From Myxococcota bacterium (lineage in GTDB: Bacteria > Myxococcota_A > SURF-8 > G963663525), in NCBI GenBank assembly GCA_963676915.2, contig CAXXVK010000059.1, positions 1 through 64,000 of the forward strand: a stretch of DNA of 64,000 nucleotides. Reading direction: 5' to 3'. This document shows, in pieces, positions 30,380 to 40,039 of the stretch; the first letter of the stretch is position 1, and the number at the start of each line of letters is the position of its first letter. Both the position numbers and the translations under genes were made by a program. The notes below the pieces were generated by a model that saw only the letters and a program-made list of their open reading frames with translations, made no database searches and had not been told where the DNA came from.

Positions 30380-32536
30380 ATGCTGAAAAAATCCTGTTTC
30401 CTGATAGCTCTTGCAATCTTTTTCCCAGTTATCGTATACGCCCAAACCAACACCACCCTCCAATATCAAGGCAGCCTTTTCGATTCGCAGGGTGCGCCGG
30501 TGACGACCAACAAGACCATTACCTTCCGGCTTTTCAGCGATGCGGAAACGGGTGAAAGCAGCGATGCTTTGTGGACCGAAACCTTGGCTGTGGATATCGC
30601 CGACGGCTTTTTTACCGTGCCTCTGGGAAGCGTGAACGCTTTTGACGAATCCGTCTTCAAGGAAACCGAACTCTGGTTAGAGTTGGAAATCGATAGCGAA
30701 ACTCTCTCGCCCCGGCAACCGGTCGCCGCCGTTCCCTGGGCACGACGGGCGTTTTCAGTGGAAGGCAAGGTGGAGGCCACGAGCATCACGAGCGAAGGTT
30801 CCGTGACGGTGGGCGGCAGCGAAGTCATCAACGCCAGCGGCCAGTGGGTAGGATCGACTCAGACGGCTACCGATCTTAACTGCTCCGGTTGCGTGGATAC
30901 CTCCGAGGTGAGTTTCAACGTCTGTATCGCAGATGAATCCGGCAATGCGGCGTATGCCGACGAGGCGGGTACAGCTTCGGCGCTAGATTGTACGGGTTGC
31001 GTTGCGGCGTCGCAGCTGGCCGACGATTACACTACCGCTGCAGAAGTGGAAGCCATGATCGGCGATCTCCCTGCCGACGGTCTTTCCGAAGTGTCCAACG
31101 GCATTCTGGACAACGTACTCTCCCAGACGCACCACGCTACCGATGTTCCCAAAACGATTACCGACCATTTTCCGGCAGGGATCAACTCGACCATCGCCAT
31201 TCCTACGACGGGCACGATCCGTTCGGTGTCGGTAACGGTGGACATCACCCATACCGACATCGGCGAGTTGCAGATCAAGCTCTTTCCGCCCGTAGGAGGC
31301 GTGATAACGTTGCACGACCAGGGGCAGACCGGTACCTCCGATCTCTCCACCATGTATCCAACCGAAACCGTTCCTGCCGCCGGAAGTTTCGATAACCTGA
31401 CGGGAATGTCCCCCAACGGCAACTGGACGCTGCAAATCATCGACGACGTGGAGAATCTCGAAGGCATTCTGAACACCTGGGCGGTGAATATCGAGTACAT
31501 CTCGGACATCGACATCACCCTGGACGGAAATCTCAACGTGACGGGGAATCTGGATGTGACCGGGCAACTTAGCAGTGAAAATGTACCGTATGTTTTGTCC
31601 GATAACAAATACATCCAACTAGCCAGATTTTCGAAGTATGCTCATTCTCTGGTAATTGGAAACGAGTTTCCGGCACCAAGAGATTCGCCTAAAGGAATGT
31701 ATTATAATAATTTTTCAGAGAATACATGTGGAAGCCAAGCAGGATTAAAATATAAAAATGGGCAATACAGCCGTGGGACTCCAGGTTCATTCTGCCTTGA
31801 GACCAATCTTTTTTCCAAAGGGATAGTCGATAATAAAGGCTTTTTCGGGTTTGATTACGAAGTTTGGAAAGTCATTGATGAATTCGAAGATGGTGTGGTT
31901 GACGAAGAAAAATGGACAGGAGAGGGAATTGAAGAAAACGATTCAGGTCTCAGGGGTGGTGGTGGAGATTATGTCACAAGCACAAGTCTCGCTTTCAATG
32001 GAGCGATTAAAATCGGTTGGTCTTTGTCAGGCACTTATTATTCAGTGCAGAGTCAAAATGGTTACATGCTTTTTACCGACGGGTCATCTTCGTATAATGT
32101 AATTAGTGCCGGTGGAGCACAATACCAGAATAATGATATTATTAGTGGAGAAACAACGATCTATGTGAACTGGGACCAAAAAACAGTGTTCTACTCTAAT
32201 ACGTTCATTAATAAAAAAGGCAGTGCGGTTAATCAAACCAGAACTCAACAAAAACTGAATCTTTCAGCTTGGAATGACTTTAAAGTAAAGTTTTATACAA
32301 GTGAAGATGGAGGAAGTTTTACTATCCATTATGCTCGCTCTCTCCTCACCGATCCACAACATTCCGAAATCGACATTTTGGCAAGTAATGACGGGGGACA
32401 GATCTGGGAAAATACTCAAAATTATTCAGAACATATTTTTCAAAATTCAGGGGATACCTTAAAAGGGAAAATATGTGGAACCGTTTATGAAAATGAAGTC
32501 GTAACCATTCAGTCAACATATATTATTTCAGAATGA
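30380..32536 (+). CDS. Secreted fibre-like adhesin 2 (same N-terminal domain, proprotein-convertase P-domain, AT-rich tip)
   Basis: VTVDITHTDIGELQIKL.PP.G...NGNWTLQIID...G.LNTW is a P-domain. The 3' third is visibly AT-rich. Confidence 0.75.
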   Translation: MLKKSCFLIALAIFFPVIVYAQTNTTLQYQGSLFDSQGAPVTTNKTITFRLFSDAETGESSDALWTETLAVDIADGFFTVPLGSVNAFDESVFKETELWLELEIDSETLSPRQPVAAVPWARRAFSVEGKVEATSITSEGSVTVGGSEVINASGQWVGSTQTATDLNCSGCVDTSEVSFNVCIADESGNAAYADEAGTASALDCTGCVAASQLADDYTTAAEVEAMIGDLPADGLSEVSNGILDNVLSQTHHATDVPKTITDHFPAGINSTIAIPTTGTIRSVSVTVDITHTDIGELQIKLFPPVGGVITLHDQGQTGTSDLSTMYPTETVPAAGSFDNLTGMSPNGNWTLQIIDDVENLEGILNTWAVNIEYISDIDITLDGNLNVTGNLDVTGQLSSENVPYVLSDNKYIQLARFSKYAHSLVIGNEFPAPRDSPKGMYYNNFSENTCGSQAGLKYKNGQYSRGTPGSFCLETNLFSKGIVDNKGFFGFDYEVWKVIDEFEDGVVDEEKWTGEGIEENDSGLRGGGGDYVTSTSLAFNGAIKIGWSLSGTYYSVQSQNGYMLFTDGSSSYNVISAGGAQYQNNDIISGETTIYVNWDQKTVFYSNTFINKKGSAVNQTRTQQKLNLSAWNDFKVKFYTSEDGGSFTIHYARSLLTDPQHSEIDILASNDGGQIWENTQNYSEHIFQNSGDTLKGKICGTVYENEVVTIQSTYIISE

Positions 32537-32714
32537 TGGAAATGTAAAATTCTACATTCCGAAATAATTTTGTCCCTAACCAAACGCATGATACAAGGCA
32601 ATCCCGGTTTGTTCCTTGCTGTTGTCGATGGCGTAGGCAGTATTTCAAAAAACACCGCTACTCTCTTCAACCGCTTTTTATCAGCAAATTCATTTACTTG
32701 AAGGATTGCGGTAT

Positions 32715-32855
32715 CTATTCTTCCACCATCCCCGCCCAGGTTTCAAACTGGGCATCGAGCAACGCCCGTTCCAGGTCTTCAGCCTCCTTTTCCGTAAGCG
32801 GGCGTAGGGTGAGGGGTTCCTCCAGTGGGAGGTTCTCCCGCCAGTTTGCAATCAT
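32715..32855 (-). CDS. 46-aa hypothetical containing the right 100-bp repeat (32721..32820)
   Basis: MIANWRENLPLEEPLTLRPLTEKEAEDLERALLDAQFETWAGMVEE, paralogous to the C-terminus of ORF 26060..26323. Confidence 0.45.
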   Translation of the reverse strand: MIANWRENLPLEEPLTLRPLTEKEAEDLERALLDAQFETWAGMVEE

Positions 32856-32890
32856 GTACCAGCGTTTGTCGATCTGGACGTAAGGTAGGA

Positions 32891-33190
32891 TCATCGGTAT
32901 TTCCTGTTGTATTCATCCATGAGTTTGCCCAAGGTGCCTTTGCGTTTACGGCTGATTCTGTCGATGGCAACGACCTTCCAGTCCTCCTCGGACATCGCGA
33001 CCAGCAGAGGAAGGCCGATCAGCGCGTAAGCTTTGCCATGTTCATCCCGAACGACTTCGAAAGAGATGATTTCGGTGCGTACTTCTTGACCGTCCTCGTA
33101 AAACGTCCGTTCCACCGTGATTTCATGGTCTCCGGCGTCGGCAATGCATTCCAATTGTGTGTTCAGTTTTTTCTTTTGGCCTGTAAACAT
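32891..33190 (-). CDS. Hypothetical protein (99 aa)
   Basis: ATG after AGAAGGA, overlapping the end of the resolvase gene. Confidence 0.45.
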   Translation of the reverse strand: MFTGQKKKLNTQLECIADAGDHEITVERTFYEDGQEVRTEIISFEVVRDEHGKAYALIGLPLLVAMSEEDWKVVAIDRISRKRKGTLGKLMDEYNRKYR

Positions 33191-33825
33191 GGCTTGGTTC
33201 CTTCTTGCTCCGGGTTTAGGCGGGTGATTCCGCGTTTTTTCATCCACTTGCAGAGGTTCGCCTCTGTCGTGTGGTACCTGGTAGCAATGTATTTTTGGGT
33301 CGATCCCACATTGAGCAGGGCTTCGATCTCCGGTCGAAACGGATCGAGCTTGCTCTTGCCCGGTCCCCTGGGGCGTCCGATGGGTTCTCCACGGGCTTTT
33401 TTCGCTCGTAAAGCTTCTCGGGTGCGGCTGGAAATCAGTTCCCGTTCGATCTCCGCCGCCATGCTGAACGCCATGGCGATGATTTTCGATTGGATCGTGC
33501 CGTCCAGCGTCCAATGACCCTTGATGGCATAGACTTTGATGCCTTTTTCCGTGGCGATGGAGAGGATTTCCATGCACTCCAGCATGGAACGCCCCAGCCG
33601 GGACAATTCGCTGACGATGAGGTGATCGCCTTGGCCGAGGTCGCTCAACACCGTGGCGATCTTGCGCTTCTTCCACGACACCTTGCCGGAGATTTTCTCC
33701 TCGGCCCATTGGACGTGACCGAGCTTTTTATCGTTGGCGAAAGTGAGGATGTCGGCTTTGTTTTTGTCGAGATCCTGATCGATGGTCGAGACCCGTAAAT
33801 AGGCGACGGTGCGGGTTTGGGACAT
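33163..33825 (-). CDS. Serine recombinase (resolvase/invertase family)
   Basis: AYLRVST..QD, GDHLIVSELSRLGRS, AEIERELISSRTREAL, GRPRG and a C-terminal HTH. Confidence 0.93.
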   Translation of the reverse strand: MSQTRTVAYLRVSTIDQDLDKNKADILTFANDKKLGHVQWAEEKISGKVSWKKRKIATVLSDLGQGDHLIVSELSRLGRSMLECMEILSIATEKGIKVYAIKGHWTLDGTIQSKIIAMAFSMAAEIERELISSRTREALRAKKARGEPIGRPRGPGKSKLDPFRPEIEALLNVGSTQKYIATRYHTTEANLCKWMKKRGITRLNPEQEGTKPCLQAKRKN

Positions 33826-34016
33826 GCATTTCTCCTTCCATTCGCCAAAAGACGCCAATATTCGTTATTGGGATAAGATTTCTTGTTCAGTACTCAATGC
33901 TTTTCAGTTGAAACGACTGCAACGAAAATCGATCGTTTTCGGTAAAGACTACAAAGAGTGAAACAGAGCGAGCTTTCACCAACTCGGAGCAACTTTTCGA
34001 TGTAACGGTTAACCTG

Positions 34017-34268
34017 TTAACGCTCATCGAGAATCTCCGCGATCAAGGGCCAGGTTTCCCGGTGGACACGCAGTAAGCAGGGACGACAGACCATCAGGAA
34101 TTTGAATCGGATAGTGCCTACGGATATGAGGTCTGTAACAAATCGACCGCAGTAGTAGCAGGCGTCGGGATCGATATGAATGATCTCCGCACCCATGAAT
34201 TCTTCGTAGAATTCAACAAGAGCGATGACATCTTCAAAGGGTGTGAAGTGCTTGATATCGTCTATCAT
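34017..34268 (-). CDS. Small Cys-motif hypothetical
   Basis: CYYC...CRPC, co-oriented in the operon. Confidence 0.4.
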   Translation of the reverse strand: MIDDIKHFTPFEDVIALVEFYEEFMGAEIIHIDPDACYYCGRFVTDLISVGTIRFKFLMVCRPCLLRVHRETWPLIAEILDER

Positions 34269-34272
34269 GGAT

Positions 34273-34872
34273 TCATTCATCCTTTGCATCCATCAGGACG
34301 CAACCGTTCAAGCGGACACGGAAGAAATCCTCGACCGGTTCAAACTCCCATACCTGGAGAGAGGATTTTGGCCAACCCCGTTTTCGTAAGTGACGATAGA
34401 TCATGCCGCAGGTGCCGAGCGAGACGACCAGATCGCCGTGATTCATGAAGGCTTTGGGCGGGACTCGTTCAAAGCTCCTGGGACGGCCCTCACGATCCTT
34501 GATTCTCGATCCCTGAAACAATGCCTTTAAAAACGTGTCGGTTGCCCCTTCTACAACGCCCGTTTCCGGCTGAAACCCTACTGGCCCCCGCCCGACCCAC
34601 GTATCGTTGCGTAGACGCCAACTATGGGCCTTCAACGCTGATTCCGGCTGACGAGCCTGTACGAAACAGACCAAAGAGAAAAAATCGACCAAGAACTTCA
34701 GGTTGCCCGGTTCCGGCAGGACGATGTGGAGACCGGCATAGGCTCGGATCTCTTCGGTGGTTCCGATCATCCCTTCCACTTTGCGTGACATTTTACAGGC
34801 GTTATAGGACTCAAGGGTCGGCATACGATCTCGCAGGATTCGTAGGATGCGTAGTTTGGATCGCTTATCCAT
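34273..34872 (-). CDS. Hypothetical protein
   Basis: Overlaps the stop of the upstream ORF. RBS GGAGGA. Confidence 0.5.
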   Translation of the reverse strand: MDKRSKLRILRILRDRMPTLESYNACKMSRKVEGMIGTTEEIRAYAGLHIVLPEPGNLKFLVDFFSLVCFVQARQPESALKAHSWRLRNDTWVGRGPVGFQPETGVVEGATDTFLKALFQGSRIKDREGRPRSFERVPPKAFMNHGDLVVSLGTCGMIYRHLRKRGWPKSSLQVWEFEPVEDFFRVRLNGCVLMDAKDE

Positions 34873-35275
34873 GAGGGTGTTCCTCCACGACAATGTTCTG
34901 CTGCTCCTGGATGTTTCTCATCCACGTATTGGCAAAGGAGGTTAGAGATTCTTGAAGACTCGGAATGAAGCGGTCGTAGCGATAATAGGACGGTTTGACG
35001 GCAAACTGCTCGATCATCGCGTTGCGGAAGTAGACCGGGTAGAATTGCCCCTCCTGATGGACAAACACCATTTCGGGATCGGGAACGAGGTCGCCGTTCA
35101 TTTCATAGTAATGCGCCACACTGATGAGGTCGTAACCCTGATCGGTTTGACCGAATTTCTCCACCACAGCGGCCATGAACGATGTCGATTGGTTGAACTT
35201 CCTCATCTCTCCGACGGGAATGTCGTGGGAGAGGTGTTCAAGGATGGCATTGGCCTTCGAATCCAACGATTTCAT
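34865..35275 (-). CDS. Conserved MGE hypothetical (DUF6908-like)
   Basis: ISVAHYYEMNGDLVPDPEMVF and FANTWMRNIQEQ. Confidence 0.65.
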   Translation of the reverse strand: MKSLDSKANAILEHLSHDIPVGEMRKFNQSTSFMAAVVEKFGQTDQGYDLISVAHYYEMNGDLVPDPEMVFVHQEGQFYPVYFRNAMIEQFAVKPSYYRYDRFIPSLQESLTSFANTWMRNIQEQQNIVVEEHPHG

Positions 35276-36285
35276 GATGATTTCCTTTCCTTGGTTTTCT
35301 TTTCGAGAACGCAGCCCGCCCAGTTGTCGGCGTATTGCAGCAGGCGGGTGAGCTTGGTTTCCTTGTGAGCCACGCCTTTGTTTTCATCGATGTACTGACC
35401 GTCATGAAAACGGATGGCCTGGCCTTCGTCCGCCGTGAGCTTGATGTGCTGGGAGACAAGAAACAGCGAGCGTGAGGCGATATCCATCCACGGGAGATCG
35501 TGATTGGTGATGTAGGTGATGTTGCGGTTGCGGACGTGCCATTGGCTGGGATTCGGGATGTAATACGGCTTCCCCGGCAGTCCGACCTTGCCGACATCAT
35601 GGTAAAGCGCCACGATCACGCAGCTTTCCTCTTCGATCTCCGGGGCCAGGACCGGGCGAAGTTTGAGGATGGTGTTGGCAACGTTCAACGAATGGATCAG
35701 CAAACCGCCTTCGATGTTGAGATGGTAGCGGGTGGACGCCGGTGCCGTCAGCCAGGCGGTTTCTTTTCGCAAGAAGCGGTCGAATCGTTGGACGGCCTCC
35801 GCTCGTTCGGTGATTTTTTCGAGAAGCTGGTCATACGAGAGGTTATCCGATGGATTCTTATGGCCGAGAAGCACTTTGGCCTGCTGAACGGCTTCCGTCC
35901 AGTTGCCCTCGAAGCGCAATGCCCTGTCATCGATATACAGATCGGCCAAGGGTTTGGAGGAAGTCCATGGGCCTTCCGGGTCGGTTTGGATGGCGTCATA
36001 CGGGATGCGGTTCACGCGCAGGTAGGAGTGCAACTTCGCGACGTGATCGTCCGAATTCGGCCTAGCGGTGTGGATGATGAGACGATAGCCGAGCTTCTTC
36101 AAATCTCTGAGCGCCTTCTGAACGCCTTCGATGGGTTCTCCGAACTCCTCGATACTCGATACCATTTGGGCAATGACGCCATCGAAATCCACACAGATGA
36201 CTTTGCTGCGTGGTGGCGATGGGCTTCGATCTTCGTGACCGCCCGGGCTGAGGACGCAGTTGTCCGGTTGTTCGTTCTTTTCCAT
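35272..36285 (-). CDS. HAD-like phosphatase fused to an HD-domain hydrolase
   Basis: CVDFDGVI and KPLADLYIDDRA, followed by APASTRYH...GGLLIHSLNV...ALYHDVGK...LLQYAD. Confidence 0.8.
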   Translation of the reverse strand: MEKNEQPDNCVLSPGGHEDRSPSPPRSKVICVDFDGVIAQMVSSIEEFGEPIEGVQKALRDLKKLGYRLIIHTARPNSDDHVAKLHSYLRVNRIPYDAIQTDPEGPWTSSKPLADLYIDDRALRFEGNWTEAVQQAKVLLGHKNPSDNLSYDQLLEKITERAEAVQRFDRFLRKETAWLTAPASTRYHLNIEGGLLIHSLNVANTILKLRPVLAPEIEEESCVIVALYHDVGKVGLPGKPYYIPNPSQWHVRNRNITYITNHDLPWMDIASRSLFLVSQHIKLTADEGQAIRFHDGQYIDENKGVAHKETKLTRLLQYADNWAGCVLEKKTKERKSS

Positions 36286-36300
36286 GTCGATTCTCCTTCG

Positions 36301-37719
36301 TTAGATCAATTCGAGGCCGAGAAAGCCCCTCGTATGAACCCCCGTGATTCGTCGCGTAGTGGTATGGAAACCGCGCTGCTTCAAGGCACGGCTCAAGGCT
36401 TTTTGACTCATGGGCTTGAGGGCGTGATCCAAGGCCCAGGTTTCATAGGATCGATAAAGATCCGCACTGGCAGAAAACCTGCTGCTGGACTCGTAACAGG
36501 CTTCGATCAGCCAATCCTCCACCTGGTCGCCTTCCTGACGATAAGCATCGGTCGCCAGCAAAACGGAATCCGGCGGGGTCAATCCCTTCTCCAGATAGTC
36601 CTGACAGCCCTGCAAGGCCCAATTGAGGATGCCGGGACCGGAAACGGAGGGATCGCAGAGGGTGCGTTTCAGGTAAGGATCGCGTTGAGGCTCCGGGACA
36701 CTACGGGGAAACGGCAGGCAGAGAATCCGCCGCCAGAGGGCATCATCCTCCTGATCGGCCAGAGGCGGATCGTTGGCGACTAGCCAGAGCGTGAATTGCG
36801 GTTTCCACTCCTGGGCTTCCTGATAGAGCGCTCTGGCGACGATGGTATCGCCGCCGGTCAGCATTTTGATGGTGGCTTCGGAGAGTTTCGCTCCCTTGTA
36901 GACTTCGTTGGCGACGACCAGGCGGGCTCCACGCAGTCGTGCGAGATCGTCCCGAGGGCCGCTGGAGGCACGATGTCGCAGGAACGAGGAAAAATCGGCG
37001 GTTCGGGCATAATCGCCGAAGACCATTTTGATGGCTTCGATGAACGTGGATTTTCCAGAAGCACCGGGACCGTAGACGAAAAAGAGCTTTTCCTCTTCGT
37101 TGGAGCCGAAAAGCGAATATCCGACGGCTCGTTGGATAAAGGCTTGCAGGGCGGCGTCTCCCTCGGTGGATTGATCGAGGAAACGGAGCCAATCGTCACT
37201 TTCGGCGTCGGCATCGAAGAGGACCGGGGAGATTTTGGAGACAAGATGCGCCGGTTGCGTCGGAATCAGATCCATCCTCATCAGGTCGATAAGGCCGTTT
37301 TTACAGCCGAGGAAATGAGGATCGGTATCGAAATCCTCTTCCCGAACGATGATCTCGGATTCGCTCTGTGCCGTCTCGATCATGGCTTTGAGACGTGCCA
37401 GGCTCTCGCAGGACCGTACATGCTTTTCGGTGGCATGTCGCTGTTTGGCGTCCTCGATGAGCTTGCAGTCGTCCTTCAACGCCTGAACGGACTCCTTGGC
37501 CCATCGCATGACCTGGCCGGTGTCATCAATACGCCACTTGGAACCGTCGAAGACGTACCAGCATCGTGTGCCATGACTGTACCGGATGCACTCGCCATGA
37601 CGAGCAATGAAACGACGGGCGATACCGATGTCGGTAAAGCCGAAAGCGGAATCATCAGAGCTGGTGTGAGTGTTGGCTTGAGAAGAGGAAACAACGGAAA
37701 TGGGAGAGCGTTTGGCCAT
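36301..37719 (-). CDS. Phage/plasmid P4-family D5_N + SF3 helicase (no primase domain)
   Basis: TDIGIARRF, WYVFDGSKW, GPGASGKSTF, LARLRGARLV..NE, IKMLTGGD.I.AR.LY and ALWRRI. Confidence 0.9.
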   Translation of the reverse strand: MAKRSPISVVSSSQANTHTSSDDSAFGFTDIGIARRFIARHGECIRYSHGTRCWYVFDGSKWRIDDTGQVMRWAKESVQALKDDCKLIEDAKQRHATEKHVRSCESLARLKAMIETAQSESEIIVREEDFDTDPHFLGCKNGLIDLMRMDLIPTQPAHLVSKISPVLFDADAESDDWLRFLDQSTEGDAALQAFIQRAVGYSLFGSNEEEKLFFVYGPGASGKSTFIEAIKMVFGDYARTADFSSFLRHRASSGPRDDLARLRGARLVVANEVYKGAKLSEATIKMLTGGDTIVARALYQEAQEWKPQFTLWLVANDPPLADQEDDALWRRILCLPFPRSVPEPQRDPYLKRTLCDPSVSGPGILNWALQGCQDYLEKGLTPPDSVLLATDAYRQEGDQVEDWLIEACYESSSRFSASADLYRSYETWALDHALKPMSQKALSRALKQRGFHTTTRRITGVHTRGFLGLELI

Positions 37720-37851
37720 GCCGAAAGCCCTCGATACAGGAAAGAAAGGGAATTCAAAAAACAGCAAAACCCCTCCCGAATGAACGGAAGGGATTGTTTA
37801 ACATACTGATAATACTACAGTATTGGTGAATTGTCAAATGGAGAAATTGAA

Positions 37852-38256
37852 TCATTTCTTTGTTTCGGGTTTATCCGTTGTCGGTTGCGCTTCCATTGGG
37901 TTGTCGTTGGATTCTTCTTCAATCGTTTGCTCGATAAAGCGCTGCTTGCTTTCGTCCCAACACCATACGTTGATTTGATCGGGATGCTTCTGGCACTCCC
38001 ACGGAGCGAGGGGACCATCGATCCCCTGAAGCTTCAGTGATTCGGTGGCGACCGTACCAACGGCTTGTCTTAGTTTTTCGGTCGCACGCTCTGTGATCTC
38101 CTGGTGGTTGGCGCAACTGACGGCAGAAAAACTAAAGAACAAGAGGACTATGCAGATTGTTAGACAGTTTTCTGGAAATAGATCTGCAAAACGACCATTG
38201 CTGGAAATATTCCGAGATATATCATTCCACTTTAATGAAGCTTTCATTTCTAACAA
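37852..38256 (-). CDS. Possible small lipoprotein; start unclear
   Basis: Hydrophobic stretch plus AVSC lipobox, but no ATG immediately upstream. Confidence 0.3.
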   Translation of the reverse strand: MLEMKASLKWNDISRNISSNGRFADLFPENCLTICIVLLFFSFSAVSCANHQEITERATEKLRQAVGTVATESLKLQGIDGPLAPWECQKHPDQINVWCWDESKQRFIEQTIEEESNDNPMEAQPTTDKPETKK

Positions 38257-38962
38257 CCAAACGCTTTTTACATGCTTTGCACGTTACACCCTTTGCCGTA
38301 GTGTCTGCCGAAATCTGGGTTTGGCACCAAGGGCAAGGACCTTTTAATCGCTTTATCGTCGAGACAGTTTTCCTGAATATCATGATAATCCCAACAATAA
38401 ACAGCGGACCTCCAATAATGGCACCAACTACACTCAAGGATAGGGCCAACCCAATTACCATCAATACAATACCAAGGACAGGATGTGAGCCAGAATCTGT
38501 TCTTTCATACAGAATTGTCTTCAGAGGGTCTTTAAATTTTATCGAGGTAATTTCTCTTACCTCGGCTGCTAAGTGGTTTTCGACAACGGTATTGGAGCCC
38601 TTTACCTTCTGAAGAGTTAGCATACAATCAGTACACATGAATTCGCCACTTTTTAGTGTTGTTTTTAGACTTCCAAGTGCGCATCCACAGACAGCACATT
38701 GACCGGAGGTTACGGGTGGTAATGATTCAGAATGTGGGTTGGAGCTACCTTCATTTTCAGTGGATTTGCTTAAATCTTCTGGCTCAACATAGGTGCCATT
38801 TATTTTATTTGCAATGTCTTCAATTGTCATGTTTTTTGAAACAACGCCAAACCCCTCAACTTTCACGAGCTTTCTATGGCAAGCGCAGCAGTATAATTCA
38901 CCAGTCAGGCTTTTATTTTTTAAAAGGCCAAGTTTATTACCACAGATCGCACAGTTTTCCAT
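38222..38962 (-). CDS. Membrane protein with two DUF4428-like Zn-ribbons and a C-terminal Zn-ribbon
   Basis: CAICGNKLG..CCAC, CAVCGCALG..CTDC, a TM hairpin, then CPWC..CKAC. Confidence 0.65.
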   Translation of the reverse strand: MENCAICGNKLGLLKNKSLTGELYCCACHRKLVKVEGFGVVSKNMTIEDIANKINGTYVEPEDLSKSTENEGSSNPHSESLPPVTSGQCAVCGCALGSLKTTLKSGEFMCTDCMLTLQKVKGSNTVVENHLAAEVREITSIKFKDPLKTILYERTDSGSHPVLGIVLMVIGLALSLSVVGAIIGGPLFIVGIIMIFRKTVSTIKRLKGPCPWCQTQISADTTAKGVTCKACKKRLVVRNESFIKVE

Positions 38963-39013
38963 AGGTTACATCCTTCCTGAAGGCCATTGTGCTACTCTTA
39001 GTGTTCAGCATAA

Positions 39014-39041
39014 ATGATACTTATAGACTGTAGACTGTCAA
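39014..39041 (-). promoter_or_regulatory. Putative sigma70 promoter with AGTCTA repeats in the spacer
   Basis: Minus strand TTGACA-GTCTACAGTCTATAAG-TATCAT, between the divergent Zn-ribbon and XRE genes. Confidence 0.45.
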
Positions 39042-39065
39042 GTATTCTCGCAAGACAATCCCCGC

Positions 39066-39281
39066 ATGAAAAAGGAGAAGAACAAAGCATGTGTGGATTT
39101 CGGTCGGAAAGTCCGCCAATTACGAGAAGAGCAAGGCTATTCTCAGGAAAGATTTGCCTTGGAAATCGAGATCCATCGGACGTATATCGGCGGCATCGAA
39201 CGCGGTGAACGAAATCCTACCCTCATCACCATCCACAAGATCGCGAAGGCGTTGAACGTCAAACCGAGTGAACTTCTGTAG
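39066..39281 (+). CDS. XRE-family HTH regulator (R-M controller-like)
   Basis: FGRKVRQLR...SQE.FA....IHRTYIGGIERGERNPTL. Confidence 0.9.
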   Translation: MKKEKNKACVDFGRKVRQLREEQGYSQERFALEIEIHRTYIGGIERGERNPTLITIHKIAKALNVKPSELL

Positions 39282-40039
39282 CCTTACGAGGACAAGATAC
39301 AGATTTACCTTCCTGCCAACTCTTCATTTTGAAAGGATGAGTCGGGCCGGATTCCGTTATCGTTTCTTCAAAAGATCATGCGTCTTCTGGTCTTTCAATG
39401 AATCCTAACTCTAATCATTACGGATGGGGAGACGAAGCTCTCTTTCTCTATTCGGGGACTCATACCATGTCAACGGTGACGAACGCATATGGGACGCCAA
39501 CAAATCAATATTCAAAAAATCGCCTACATAGCCCGATCCGGCCTTCAACCCTATTACGCCCTTCGAAAGGTCTGATCGTTGCTGAAAACGAAGATTTCGA
39601 GCTTCTTTCGCTATGTATTGCTGCCTTCGCTCTTGGACTTTTTCCCTGGACGAAGATCCCGGGACGAATCGAGTCAGCGTGATCGAATTTCGGATGTAAA
39701 GGAAACATGCCATAAAATTGAAAAAGGCAGCGAAATCAAACGATCTCCGCTGCCTTCTGAGTTATCTGAAAATGAGTGGTGAAGTTTCACTTCACGGTGC
39801 TCATTGCTATATTCCTGTTGGGAGCGAACCGAAGCCCGCCCCGCAGGTAATAAAATTATTTACTTATTTATTAGAATAATCATTAGGCATATTAAGAGTT
39901 TCTTTATTCATTTTTTTGTCTTTGTTATTCATGCTGTTATTAGCTTTAGTATTGTTTTTTTTGGTTCTATTGGTTCGTTCCGTTCGCCAATGCCTATCCG
40001 ACCACGTTCATCCCAACGCTGATAGGGTGACGCGAACGT

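Noticed and set aside
27995-30885. DGR template/variable repeat or shufflon
   Set aside because: The repeats are 5' and direct, differences are mostly synonymous and not adenine-specific, and there is no reverse transcriptase or inverted sfx-like site.
39398-40022. Short ORFs between the XRE gene and the integrase fragment
   Set aside because: They overlap on both strands, are low-complexity and have no motifs. They are probably debris from the deletion that truncated the integrase.
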